DNA of 42,656 nucleotides, taken from a virus. Taxonomy: Duplodnaviria; Caudoviricetes. The first letter of the stretch is position 1; each line of letters starts with the position of its first letter. Below, one piece after another: positions 19,446-29,743 of this stretch. Under the pieces are notes generated by a model. The model saw only the letters and a program-made list of their open reading frames with translations. It did no database searches and was not told where the DNA came from. The stretch is from positions 1 through 42,656 of IMG/VR virus record IMGVR_UViG_3300030095_001515; one strand, written 5' to 3'. A program made the translations under genes and the position numbers.

Positions 19446-19816
19446 TGCAAGCTGGTATAAGTAGTTTATTAAATTTTAATGATCCCAATACGGGTATGGG
19501 TTATAGTTCAATAGAAGAACTAGAAAATGCAATCATGGCCAAAAAGAATCCACCAACAAATAGTGGTGGTATTCGAGCGTTGATGGCGGGTGGATCTCCA
19601 GAATTTGGAGGTGTATTAAAGGGTCCTGGAACTGGGACCTCGGACAGTATACCAGGGATGATATATCAAGATGGTAAGCCAGTGCAACGTGCAGCGTTGT
19701 CAAACAATGAATTTGTTTTTACAGAAAGAGCTGTAAAGGGTGCGGGTAATGGAAATATAGACAAAGGTATAGCAACCATGTATGATTTAATGGACAAGTT
19801 TGAAGGAATGGCATAA
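19442..19816 (+). CDS. internal virion protein
   Basis: GPGTGTSDSIP...LSNNEFVFT..AV. Confidence 0.65.
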   Translation: MMQAGISSLLNFNDPNTGMGYSSIEELENAIMAKKNPPTNSGGIRALMAGGSPEFGGVLKGPGTGTSDSIPGMIYQDGKPVQRAALSNNEFVFTERAVKGAGNGNIDKGIATMYDLMDKFEGMA

Positions 19817-20694
19817 TGGCAGTATCAACAGTTAGAAACGAAACCATATTACCAGAAAATCAACAAAAATTCATTGATGATTTATTAGCTGATACACGTA
19901 CTGTAGCAACACAACCCGTTGAGTTTCCAGAAATACAAATTGCGGGTATGACTCCTTTACAAAGAGCAGCTATTCAACGTGGTGCTGCGGGTATAGGTAA
20001 TTTTCAAAACTTATTGCAAAGTGGAGCCGATGCCGTGGGCATGGGTCTTTCGGCCTTAACACCTCAAGGAAGTCAAGCTTATATGAATCCTTTCGTTGAT
20101 CAAGTAATTGATCAAAATTTGGCAGATATACAAAGACAAGGCGATATTGAAAGACAAAGAATAGGTGGTTCTGCAATTAAAAGTGGTGCATTTGGTGGAT
20201 CAAGACAAGCTATTGCAGAACAAGAATTACAAAGAAATTTATCTGATACATTTGCAAGACAATCTGCGGGTTTACGAGCACAAGCTTTTGAGTCAGCACA
20301 AGACAGAGCACAGAAAGCATCTGAGTTATTTACAAAAGCGGGTATAGCAACTGCGGGTCTTGGTGAAGCACAACAAGGGGCACAAATGAGAGATGTTCAG
20401 TTACTATCATCGTTGGGCGGACAAGAACAAGCACAACAACAAAGTGAATTAGATGCTTTGAGAGCTACATCTACACAAAGACAGTTTGAGCCATATCAAA
20501 GATTGTCATTTATGTCAGATATATTTAGAGGTGTGCCATCAACTGCGACTACATTATCTTCAACCACGGCCCCCGATCCAAGTAGAGTCTCACAAATAGC
20601 GGGTATTGGTGGTGGAATTGCTAGTCTTCTTGGTGCCTTTGGTGGTGGAGGCGGTGGAGGCCTCGGTAGTATTCTAGGTGGTTTATTTAAATGA
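19816..20694 (+). CDS. DNA ejection/transfer protein
   Basis: Gln/Ala-rich; YMNPFVDQV, GAFGGSRQ; Gly-rich hydrophobic C-terminus. Confidence 0.7.
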   Translation: MAVSTVRNETILPENQQKFIDDLLADTRTVATQPVEFPEIQIAGMTPLQRAAIQRGAAGIGNFQNLLQSGADAVGMGLSALTPQGSQAYMNPFVDQVIDQNLADIQRQGDIERQRIGGSAIKSGAFGGSRQAIAEQELQRNLSDTFARQSAGLRAQAFESAQDRAQKASELFTKAGIATAGLGEAQQGAQMRDVQLLSSLGGQEQAQQQSELDALRATSTQRQFEPYQRLSFMSDIFRGVPSTATTLSSTTAPDPSRVSQIAGIGGGIASLLGAFGGGGGGGLGSILGGLFK

Positions 20695-22865
20695 GTTTTA
20701 TGAATCGTAAAATGTTTAATCGTAATGCTCGTAATAAGCTTAACACTATGGGTGGTATTGCTAGTTTTCAAATGGGTGGCCCTACTCCTACTAGAAATCC
20801 AAATTTATACAGTAGAAGTTTTTATATAAATCCAAAAGATACTAGTGCTGATATACAAAGTTCAAATATGAACTATCTACAAAAAATAGCTGCTCAAGCA
20901 AAAAATCAAGGTATGGGATCTCTTAGTGCTATTGATAAAATTAATTTAAACATGGCCATGGGGCAGTATGCTGGTAGTCAAACATTACCTGGATTAAAAC
21001 AAAATTTAAAAGGTAGTATGTTAGAACCTTTTGTCAATGCTGCGACAGAAAGTGTGGGTGCCTTTGGCCCTGGTACATTAGGTGGTATAAGTAGTATTTT
21101 ATTTTCTGGCGACCCTAAAACAAAGGGTTTTTCTGGTAGAGTTGCAAGAATCCAACCTAATCAAGAGTTTTTAAAAAGTATTGGTCTTGAATCATTACCA
21201 ACTTCATCAGAGGCTTTAGATGAAGAAATGGCAATGACGGGAACTCCTCCTGGTCAAATTATAACAAACAAACCACCAATAGCAGGTGGACCTACTTATC
21301 AAGATCCAACGTTAGTAGATCCTAGTGATCCCGCAGTAATTGACAGAATACAGTCAGGCATTGATGTAAGAGACATGAGTAAAAATTTACAAGATGGACA
21401 AGGTGTAAGATTCAATGAAAAGACTCGCAAATATGAGGCTGACCCTAGATTTGTTGATCCTTCAGTTGCTGAAGAAGAAAAAGGCATAGCAGGCGAGTTA
21501 GCAAAAGGAGATATAACTGAAAAGAAAGATTTATCTCCTGGTAGATTGCAAGCTGAGTTTGGATCACCACTTGGTAAAAAACAAATTATTAAACCAGATC
21601 CTAAGGTGGTTGCTCCAACTACTGAAGATAAAGAGGACAAAAAAGATACTGATAAAAAAGATGATATTGTTGAACCAAAAGCTACTACAAAAGAAGATGT
21701 TGAAAAGTTAATTAACTCAGGTAGTCCAGAAGAACAACAGTCTGAACTTAAACAGTTGATGTCAGAATTTAAACAAAATGCACCTAAATATGAAGGTATG
21801 GACAAAAGTTTAGCCTTAGCAAAAGTGTTTTTCTCTATTGCAGCGGGTAAAAGTCCAGATGCAATTACTAATATCGCATCTGGTTTAGAAAAAGGTGCAG
21901 ACATGTTTATAAAAGATAAAAAAGAAAAAGATGCTTTTACAAGACAAGTTGATTTGGCTGCATTAAAACATGGTTTGGTTGAAAGATCAAAAGACAGAAA
22001 ACAAAAATATTTTATAGCTTCTGAAAACGTAACTGTTGATGGTAAGAAATATGAAAAAGGTAGTGTTGTAAATTTAACAGAGGGCTTTATTAGAAAGAAT
22101 GGAATACCATCTGGTTTATCTACAGAAACATTAACTAAAGCAGCAATAGATAAAGCAGCGATTATTCAAAAAGCCTTAAACAAAAGTGCTAAAGATAAAA
22201 TTATTGGTAATAAGGATTTTATAGCTTTAGGTAAACAAGTGACCGAATCAACAGACACTTTTACAAAATCTAGAAATTTACAGACACTTATACAAGGACA
22301 AATATTTCAAGTTGCTAATGGAAACGTTACTGGTTTAGCACCTGCTGCTAATGACATTGTTAATAAAGCAGCTAACTCCGTTGGTATTAGGTTGGATACT
22401 AAGTATGAAAGTCTTGAACGATACAACACTGACATGAGAAAAGTCGCTAATAAATTAATTAAAGACCTTCTTGGTGAGGGTTCAAAAAATATTTCAAATG
22501 TTGATAGACAATTAGCATCAGAAATTGTTGGACTTTTTACAACAGGCAGTGGTGGAATATTAGGCGGTTATGTATTTAGGGATGATGATGTTTTATTAAG
22601 TAGATTACAAGGTGTTCATAAAACTATGCAGAGAACTCAACAAAAATCTTTAGCTCAAATGGAAAATATTTTATTAGCAACACAAGGACAAACTTTTCAA
22701 AGTGGTGCACCCGTGCAATTTGCTGAGATAAGAAATTTAGGTATTGTAGGTCCTGGTGCAAGAGCAAGTTCTCAAGGACAAGGACAGAAGACAATAAAAC
22801 TTAGTGACTTTTTTCAAGGTGGTAAGTTTGATAAAGATAAATTAAATAAACTTTTGGTTGGTTAA
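20691..22865 (+). CDS. internal virion (ejection) protein
   Basis: 724 aa; MNRKMF...FQMGG N-terminus; position between ejection genes. Confidence 0.65.
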   Translation: MSFMNRKMFNRNARNKLNTMGGIASFQMGGPTPTRNPNLYSRSFYINPKDTSADIQSSNMNYLQKIAAQAKNQGMGSLSAIDKINLNMAMGQYAGSQTLPGLKQNLKGSMLEPFVNAATESVGAFGPGTLGGISSILFSGDPKTKGFSGRVARIQPNQEFLKSIGLESLPTSSEALDEEMAMTGTPPGQIITNKPPIAGGPTYQDPTLVDPSDPAVIDRIQSGIDVRDMSKNLQDGQGVRFNEKTRKYEADPRFVDPSVAEEEKGIAGELAKGDITEKKDLSPGRLQAEFGSPLGKKQIIKPDPKVVAPTTEDKEDKKDTDKKDDIVEPKATTKEDVEKLINSGSPEEQQSELKQLMSEFKQNAPKYEGMDKSLALAKVFFSIAAGKSPDAITNIASGLEKGADMFIKDKKEKDAFTRQVDLAALKHGLVERSKDRKQKYFIASENVTVDGKKYEKGSVVNLTEGFIRKNGIPSGLSTETLTKAAIDKAAIIQKALNKSAKDKIIGNKDFIALGKQVTESTDTFTKSRNLQTLIQGQIFQVANGNVTGLAPAANDIVNKAANSVGIRLDTKYESLERYNTDMRKVANKLIKDLLGEGSKNISNVDRQLASEIVGLFTTGSGGILGGYVFRDDDVLLSRLQGVHKTMQRTQQKSLAQMENILLATQGQTFQSGAPVQFAEIRNLGIVGPGARASSQGQGQKTIKLSDFFQGGKFDKDKLNKLLVG

Positions 22866-22866
22866 A

Positions 22867-25800
22867 ATGGCTTTAATTGAATTACCAAGTGGTGTGACAA
22901 TAGACACCGAGGGACTTGGAGCAGATGATGTTGAGTCAGTTATCAAGGAGATGCAAACTGCACGACCAGAACTGTTTGAAGCACAACCCGTACAGCCTAG
23001 TATAGATTTAGCCACTGCCTCAAAAGAAGAAATATTAGACTATGACAGACAATTAAGACTTGCGGGTGTCGATCCTATTACCATGAAACCTGCTAAAGCG
23101 GGTGAACTTAAAGATTTGAAACTACCTGGTGTTGACTATGAAACGGGTGTCGATGGTTTTAGTTTTAGAGCAGGTTTAAATGCAAGAGAAACTGATGAAG
23201 AGAAAAAAGCCTTTCTTAATGATAAGATAGGAGAGGGATCTTATCTTCAAGACCCTGGTGGAAGATTTATACTTAATCAAAAAGGTCGTGATGTTTTAGG
23301 TTTAGGTGAAGGCCGAGATATTGCTATAGATGAAGAAGGCTTTTCTACATCAGATTTTTCTGATTTCTTGGGACAAGCAGGAGTTCCTTTAGGTGTTGGT
23401 TTAAGTGCGGGATTAATTATGTCTGGTTCTGCATTTCTACCCGCTGCATTAGTTGTGGGTGGATCAATGGGACTAGCTAAACTGGCTGAAGAAGCATACG
23501 AAACTAATCTTGGTTATCAACGTCAAACACCTACAGAAATACTTAGAGATGCTGCATTTGAAGCGGTTTTAGGTGCAACTGGAGAAGGTATAGGTCGAGC
23601 TATATCAAGTATTTTTGGTAGATTAATTAAAGGTCCCGCTTCGGCCGAAGCAGAGGCAGCGAAATCAAGTGGTAGAGAATTATTAGAAAAAGGTTTTCAG
23701 CCAACAATCGAAGGTGCTGCTCCTGGTGTAAGACCCGTTCTTAATAGACTACAAGCCATTTATGAAGGTATATTTCCAAACGAAAAAGCCGCAACTAATA
23801 ACTTAAAAATAGTTATGCAAGAGTTAAGAGGACTTAGAGGCACGAACCAAGAAGCTTTATCAACTATGGAAAACGTCATTAAGAATGATATTGGCACCAT
23901 GTTTTCAACGATGGATGATACAGTTAAAAATGCTGAAAAGATATTAGATACACAAATTAAGAATGATATTGATGCTATCATACAACCCTTGAGAAATGGT
24001 GAACGTTTAAGTGGAGACTTGGTAAAAAGATTATTAACATCTAAAGCAATATTTGATGAACAAGCAGATGCTTTATTTACAAAAGCCTCAAAGACACTAG
24101 GTAGAAATAATAAAATTATACCAGTAGCAGAAATAAAACGAGCCATTGACAAGATAGAAGGCACTGGAGTTGCAAACGTAGCTCCATTTAAAAGAGATAT
24201 TGATCAAGCAATTCAACAAACTATTTCACGTGCAAGTAACATGGGTCAAACGCTTACAAAACAAGAAGCAATAAGATATACATATATCTCTCCCGAAATT
24301 GCACAAAAATTAAGAAGAACGTTACTTGATATGAAATATGACGATGCATTTAAAGTGTCTACCGCTGCTGGTAACTTTCAGATGTTAAAAAAATCTGTTG
24401 ACGATGCTTTTGATCAAGGTGAATTAAATTTAGCTACAATTTTAAACGATTTTAGAGGTAGGGGTGGAAGTCCTTTGAGTCCTTCAGATCAATCAAGATT
24501 AAGTCAGAAGCTAGGTAAATCTGGAATGCAGTTCGATATTGGTGAAGAACCTACTAGTGCTATACTAGAAACTTTTAGAGCGGGATTAAATAATTTACAA
24601 AGATCTCGACAGTATTACGCAAATGGTATGAAACGATTTGATGATCCTATAGCAGAAAAAATTTATGCAGAATCTAAAAGAGGAACACTTAAATTTGATC
24701 CATCTAAGTATCTTGATGACATGGTTAAACCTAATGAGCCACAACGTTTAAGAAGATTATTGAAAGTTATTAGAGGATCACCTGGTATTGAGGGTTTAGA
24801 GTTAGGTGAACGCACAATACAAAAAATTAGTATTATTGCTCCTGGTGGAAGGAGATTTAACACAATTAATGAAGCTGAAGAATTTTTAGGAACTATGGCA
24901 GAAGATAGTACTAAAAGAAGATTTAGAAAACTTCTTAATCAAAAAAAAGATGAACTTTCTAAGATTAGAGAAGGCCGTAAATTAGGTGTTACAACGGCAG
25001 ACATTACAAGACAACAGTTTGCTAGAGAATGGTTTAAAAGGGAGTTAAATGATCCAAATAATTATTCTATTCGTAATGGCGTAGAACAAGTAGATGGAAT
25101 AAAACTAGCTCGTAAGATAGATGAATTAGGAACTACAAAAAATGTTTTGTTTAGCGGAGAAGAGTTAGGACAAATAGGTAAGTTGTCTACTTTATTAAAA
25201 CAAACTGGAGCACAATTTGATAAACGTGTTTTAGAACAATTTCCCGATGCAACATTAGCTAACGTTATAAAACTTAGAAATTCTGAATTATCTAATTTAA
25301 AAGCCTTTGATTCCAATAAGTTTATTCAATCATTACAAAATAATGATGCTGAAGGTATGGTAAGTTATTTATTTTCTAGAGGTAATGTAAATAGAATTAA
25401 AGCTTTTCAAAATGGATCATTAAAAGTTGGTGACAGAACAGTCAGAGAACTTGGTGGTTTTGATGATTTCACAGTAGAGACTGTGAAAGATGCAGCCATG
25501 GCTAGAATTCTTAAATCTCTTGGTGATGCAGAGTCTCCCGCTTTTAGAGAGGCTTTTGTATCTGGTAGACTAGGATCAAATCTACAAAGCAGTTTAAATG
25601 GTTATGGACGTGAGACTATTGAGGCTATGTTTGGCAAACAACAATCGGATGATTTATTTAAATTAGCAGACAATATGGTTGCTGTTTCTAATGCCTCTCT
25701 TCAAGGTAAAGGTGGACTTGCTGCTCCAACAATCGCACTAGGATTAGGTTTCTACGGAATGTTAACCGCTCCACTTGCAACAATTCCCGCTGCCGCTTTC

Positions 25801-26154
25801 TATATGACAATGAGTAAAGCTTTAAGAAACCCTGGTGTTATGAAAGTTTTATTGGCTAGTCGTGAACCAGGTGGTGATGCTTTTGGACAAGCCTTACAGT
25901 TTATGCAAACATCTGCTCAACAAGTTCTTGGTCAAATGGGTGTAACTCCTGCATCTTCTGTTGTGCCTGTTAAGTCAGAAGGTCCCTTTAAAATATCTCC
26001 AGAGGCAAGACAAGTTAGGGATAGAGCAATAACAAATATTAAAAATATCAATATTCCAAATGTTACGCCTCCTGCATCAACAGGATCAGCAGCAAATATC
26101 AGTCCTATAATAGTGCCTAATCAAGCAACAAGAACTGCGGTAGGAAGTCAATGA
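22867..26154 (+). CDS. large internal virion (ejection) protein
   Basis: ~1095 aa helical protein with hydrophobic segments; last structural gene; ATG 22867 follows previous stop. Confidence 0.7.
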   Translation: MALIELPSGVTIDTEGLGADDVESVIKEMQTARPELFEAQPVQPSIDLATASKEEILDYDRQLRLAGVDPITMKPAKAGELKDLKLPGVDYETGVDGFSFRAGLNARETDEEKKAFLNDKIGEGSYLQDPGGRFILNQKGRDVLGLGEGRDIAIDEEGFSTSDFSDFLGQAGVPLGVGLSAGLIMSGSAFLPAALVVGGSMGLAKLAEEAYETNLGYQRQTPTEILRDAAFEAVLGATGEGIGRAISSIFGRLIKGPASAEAEAAKSSGRELLEKGFQPTIEGAAPGVRPVLNRLQAIYEGIFPNEKAATNNLKIVMQELRGLRGTNQEALSTMENVIKNDIGTMFSTMDDTVKNAEKILDTQIKNDIDAIIQPLRNGERLSGDLVKRLLTSKAIFDEQADALFTKASKTLGRNNKIIPVAEIKRAIDKIEGTGVANVAPFKRDIDQAIQQTISRASNMGQTLTKQEAIRYTYISPEIAQKLRRTLLDMKYDDAFKVSTAAGNFQMLKKSVDDAFDQGELNLATILNDFRGRGGSPLSPSDQSRLSQKLGKSGMQFDIGEEPTSAILETFRAGLNNLQRSRQYYANGMKRFDDPIAEKIYAESKRGTLKFDPSKYLDDMVKPNEPQRLRRLLKVIRGSPGIEGLELGERTIQKISIIAPGGRRFNTINEAEEFLGTMAEDSTKRRFRKLLNQKKDELSKIREGRKLGVTTADITRQQFAREWFKRELNDPNNYSIRNGVEQVDGIKLARKIDELGTTKNVLFSGEELGQIGKLSTLLKQTGAQFDKRVLEQFPDATLANVIKLRNSELSNLKAFDSNKFIQSLQNNDAEGMVSYLFSRGNVNRIKAFQNGSLKVGDRTVRELGGFDDFTVETVKDAAMARILKSLGDAESPAFREAFVSGRLGSNLQSSLNGYGRETIEAMFGKQQSDDLFKLADNMVAVSNASLQGKGGLAAPTIALGLGFYGMLTAPLATIPAAAFYMTMSKALRNPGVMKVLLASREPGGDAFGQALQFMQTSAQQVLGQMGVTPASSVVPVKSEGPFKISPEARQVRDRAITNIKNINIPNVTPPASTGSAANISPIIVPNQATRTAVGSQ

Positions 26155-26597
26155 ACATAGAACAACTCAGAGATGAGATAAAAAGAGATGAGGGTTGCGT
26201 GTATTCCGTGTATCTTGATCACTTAAATTTACCCACGACAGGGATTGGCCATTTGGTTACAGAGTGGGACGAAGAGTATGGTAAACCCGTTGGGACAAAA
26301 GTATCAGAAGATCGTGTTAATGAATTGTTTGCCAAAGACATACAAGTGACAATAGATGAATGTAAGTTGTTGTATAGTGACTTTGACGACATGCCAGAAG
26401 AACTACAACATATCTTAGCCAACATGATGTTTAATATGGGTCGGCCTCGTTTAAGTCGTTTTCACAAAATGAAAAAAGCGGTAGATGAAAAGAACTACTC
26501 TGAAGCTGCCGCCCAAATGAAAGATTCCCGTTGGTATAATCAGGTAACAAAACGTGCAGAGAGGTTAATAGATCGTATGGAAAACCTATCCACCTAA
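26151..26597 (+). CDS. endolysin, T4-type lysozyme (GH24)
   Basis: DEG...YLD...TTGIGH catalytic E/D/T pattern; MFNMG, DSRWYNQV..RA. Confidence 0.9.
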   Translation: MNIEQLRDEIKRDEGCVYSVYLDHLNLPTTGIGHLVTEWDEEYGKPVGTKVSEDRVNELFAKDIQVTIDECKLLYSDFDDMPEELQHILANMMFNMGRPRLSRFHKMKKAVDEKNYSEAAAQMKDSRWYNQVTKRAERLIDRMENLST

Positions 26598-26759
26598 TCA
26601 ACTTAGGCACAGTTTTTTAGAATACTGCATCACTATTTTATATACACGGCTACGGGATAGATCATACTGCTTACACAAGTCTTTGAGTCTTTCCCCTGCC
26701 ATACGTCTATAATATATTTCTGCATTACGTTCAGTTTTTTCTTCTGCTTTTTTACCCAT
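26598..26759 (-). CDS. small HTH protein (Mor-like), 53 aa
   Basis: MGKKAEEKTERNAEIYYRRMAGERLKDLCKQYDLSRSRVYKIV...; TAATG coupled to polA; not in ORF track. Confidence 0.7.
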   Translation of the reverse strand: MGKKAEEKTERNAEIYYRRMAGERLKDLCKQYDLSRSRVYKIVMQYSKKLCLS

Positions 26760-28648
26760 TAACCTACCTCGCCCCAATCCTTACCTAACTCTTGATCTAC
26801 TTTACTTGGTACGTTAAGTTGTAGTCCTTGCTCCATGATTTCTGTAATCTTATCTGCTTGTTTTTGTGACTCAATACTAAAGCAAAGTTCGTCATGAACT
26901 GTAAGCAGTGGTACTAAACCCTCGTTGTAACAATCAACCATGGCTTTCTTTGTCTGATCTGCCGCACTACCTTGTATCAATCTATTCAATGCTTTATATG
27001 TAAAAGCTCGTCTGATACCTGGACCATATTTCTTTTCGGCCTCTTCTAGTTTGTATGGCTGATTATATCCAAATGTCTTTGGCTCCCACATATCAAACCT
27101 ACAAGATCTGCCTAATACAGTTCTTACCCTACCCATTTTTTGTGCTCTTGCCATAACTTGATCAGCAAGTTGTTTAACAAAAGGGACTTTGCGATGATAT
27201 GTATCAAGTAATAGATTTGCATCTTCTAATTTTATATCTAATGTATTAGCTAATTTTTGTTTACCCATGCCATACATAATACCAAGATTGACTGTCTTAG
27301 CCTCTTTTCTTGATATACTTGCCATGTCTGCAACCATTTGATGAAAGTCTACATCGTCACTTTGATACTGATCAATCATGTTACTGACCAAGGGATTTTC
27401 TTTGTTAACGACTCCACAATAATGAACCAATAACCTTGGCTCTTGACTACTATAATCAAAGCTACCCCACTGTTCTCCATCCTCGGGTATAAATAAACCT
27501 CGAATCATTTTCTTAATCTCTGGATCTCTTGCCGGTATCTGCTGAAGATTTGGATTAGACGAACTAAATCTACCCGTTACAGTGCCACCATCATCGTTAC
27601 GTAGTTGATGCAATTCACAATGTATTCTGCCTTTGTAACTATGTTTAAGTATACTGTCGATAAATGTATTATGTGCTTTATCTAATTCACGAAGTCTCAA
27701 GACCTTTGCTGCAATGGGATGTGGACAGTTTTGTAACCAAGCTTTTGTAAAAGATGCTTGTTTACTTACACTCGTTTCTGAGTAATGAATTTTATGATAA
27801 TCAAATACTTTTGCTACACTTGTTGCTACCCATGGTTCTACATCTATGTTGGTATCATCCTTGATTTCTTTTAGTATTGTCTTTTTCATAGCTAACAATT
27901 TATCTTTAGTTTGCTCGGCCTTATCTAAATCAACTCGTACACCTTTACTTCTCATTTCAAACACACAAGGTATAAGGTTTGTTTCTAATTCAAATATACT
28001 TGATAGTTCTTCTTTATTTATTATGGGTTCAAAATGATTCCATAATCTTAAAGTCAAAGCCGCATCTTGTTCTGCATAGGTCCCTACAAACTGTGATGGT
28101 AATTTCCATAATTCTTTCTTAGGATCTAATCCAAAATCTTTAGCCGCTGACTTTAAAACTTTCTCATCTTTACGTTCGCCCAAGTAATCACGACCTAATG
28201 AATTTAAGGCATAACTAAATCTGTTTTCATTAATAAGCGGAGCAGCAATCATCGTATCTATGATCTTGCCCTTTACGTCCACGTTTGCCCACTTTAACCA
28301 TCCTGCATCATACATAGCATTGTGCATAATCTTGGGTATATGAGGTGTATCCATTTGTTTTCTAAGCCATGAAAATACTTTTTCTTCTGGTATATTCCCA
28401 CCACCTTGGTGCCGAAAGGGATAATATCCCACGAAATCCCCCGCTGCTATAGCTACTCCCACAATAAACCCATCATTACGTGTCCATCCTGGGCCAAGTT
28501 CCAATAAGTTTGGATCACATGTCTCCAAGTCTATAGCTATGTATTTGGAATTAGTGAGGTCTGGAAAAGATTGTGGGACTGTCCACTCCTTTTCTAAAGT
28601 ATTCATCTCCATACGTTCTATAAAACTAATTGTTTTTTTATCTTTCAT
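26759..28648 (-). CDS. polA: DNA polymerase family A with 3'-5' exonuclease
   Basis: IDLET, HNAMYD, YAEQDA; motif A DYSSQEPR, motif B RKEAKTVNLGIMYG, motif C VHDEL; TAATG-coupled start. Confidence 0.95.
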   Translation of the reverse strand: MKDKKTISFIERMEMNTLEKEWTVPQSFPDLTNSKYIAIDLETCDPNLLELGPGWTRNDGFIVGVAIAAGDFVGYYPFRHQGGGNIPEEKVFSWLRKQMDTPHIPKIMHNAMYDAGWLKWANVDVKGKIIDTMIAAPLINENRFSYALNSLGRDYLGERKDEKVLKSAAKDFGLDPKKELWKLPSQFVGTYAEQDAALTLRLWNHFEPIINKEELSSIFELETNLIPCVFEMRSKGVRVDLDKAEQTKDKLLAMKKTILKEIKDDTNIDVEPWVATSVAKVFDYHKIHYSETSVSKQASFTKAWLQNCPHPIAAKVLRLRELDKAHNTFIDSILKHSYKGRIHCELHQLRNDDGGTVTGRFSSSNPNLQQIPARDPEIKKMIRGLFIPEDGEQWGSFDYSSQEPRLLVHYCGVVNKENPLVSNMIDQYQSDDVDFHQMVADMASISRKEAKTVNLGIMYGMGKQKLANTLDIKLEDANLLLDTYHRKVPFVKQLADQVMARAQKMGRVRTVLGRSCRFDMWEPKTFGYNQPYKLEEAEKKYGPGIRRAFTYKALNRLIQGSAADQTKKAMVDCYNEGLVPLLTVHDELCFSIESQKQADKITEIMEQGLQLNVPSKVDQELGKDWGEVG

Positions 28649-29481
28649 TACATACCACACATACCATCACACTCATCTAAGAATGATAGCTGCCCTTTCT
28701 CTTCTGCTGTTTGTAGGTCGGCTTGATCTAAGGGCACTAATGATCTGTGAACAAATTGCTCTCTTTGTTTATCTGTACCTGTAGTTCTTATTTTTTTATC
28801 CACGGCCACCGCATCTTCCCAACCTTGTGGATCGTTATCTCTTAGGTGTCGCCATTCATTATTGTTTTTGTACGGACAGAATGTACAAGCAGATCGTGGT
28901 AAGTACTTCTCGGGATAGTGTTTAGAAAACCAATTCTGACAATCATATCGTTTCATGCCAAGTTCTAATAGTGGCCATCTATTATACAACCATTTATCTC
29001 TAGATTCTTTAACACGTTGTAGTTCATCTTGACTGATACCAATCCATTGCTCAAGTATAACACCTTGTTTTACTTTGTGGTTTTTCTTAACACCAAGTAG
29101 TTCTCTAAACTTTTTCTGTATGGGTTCGATCTTAAACTGTGTAGTGCATTGTCTACGTCCAAAACCATCTTTGACATGGAAGGGGACAACACAATAATTT
29201 TTGTTTGTGCCTCTGATGTTAATGCCTTCAGTAATACTTTTACGTAAATCACCCGCAGTCGTTTGATATATTGGATAAGATAGTTGTGTAGATAGCCACT
29301 CAAGATGTGTATAAACCTCCTCGGGTTCTGATTGTGTGTCAGCAAATACTGCACAATCTGGCTTGGGTGTAATCTCACCTCGTTCAGCCATCAAAGCCAT
29401 AACGGATGATTGTACACCTGCACCTAAACTTATAACCCTCATTGTTGGATTAGGATGTGGTTTAAATAAACTACTTATCAT
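28648..29481 (-). CDS. PAPS reductase-like / adenine nucleotide alpha-hydrolase protein
   Basis: SLGAGVQS PP-loop variant, FADT, RQCT..FKI, RSACTFCPY, ECDGMC. Confidence 0.7.
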   Translation of the reverse strand: MISSLFKPHPNPTMRVISLGAGVQSSVMALMAERGEITPKPDCAVFADTQSEPEEVYTHLEWLSTQLSYPIYQTTAGDLRKSITEGINIRGTNKNYCVVPFHVKDGFGRRQCTTQFKIEPIQKKFRELLGVKKNHKVKQGVILEQWIGISQDELQRVKESRDKWLYNRWPLLELGMKRYDCQNWFSKHYPEKYLPRSACTFCPYKNNNEWRHLRDNDPQGWEDAVAVDKKIRTTGTDKQREQFVHRSLVPLDQADLQTAEEKGQLSFLDECDGMCGM

Positions 29482-29743
29482 CTTTTTCTATTGTCTCTCC
29501 AAGTAATGCCGCATATCCTGGTATATCTATCATACTGTCTAAATGTTTGGGAGAATTGATTAATCTTGCAACCTTGACCAATATTAAACACAAGTAAACT
29601 TGCCACACTAGTACTTTAAACCCAAACACCACAGACCACAAGTCTGCTATCCTTTGGTGGTTTTCGTGTGCATCCCCGTAATCTTTAGAACGTTTACCAT
29701 TTATTAACTTCATGGCATTCTTTAAAATATCATCTCTTTTCAT
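29471..29743 (-). CDS. DUF6378-like protein
   Basis: R.KDYGD..EN..RIA.LWS...KVAR...DS..D..GYA. Confidence 0.75.
   Translation of the reverse strand: MKRDDILKNAMKLINGKRSKDYGDAHENHQRIADLWSVVFGFKVLVWQVYLCLILVKVARLINSPKHLDSMIDIPGYAALLGETIEKDDK

Noticed and set aside
24222-24237. Third parS-like sequence TATTTCACGTGCAAGT
   Set aside because: Four mismatches, palindrome broken; probably chance.
3752-25316. Long minus-strand ORFs opposite structural genes (e.g. 3752-4087, 6050-6568, 12516-13190, 21299-21904)
   Set aside because: Antisense shadows of codon-biased genes, with no motifs or evident RBS.
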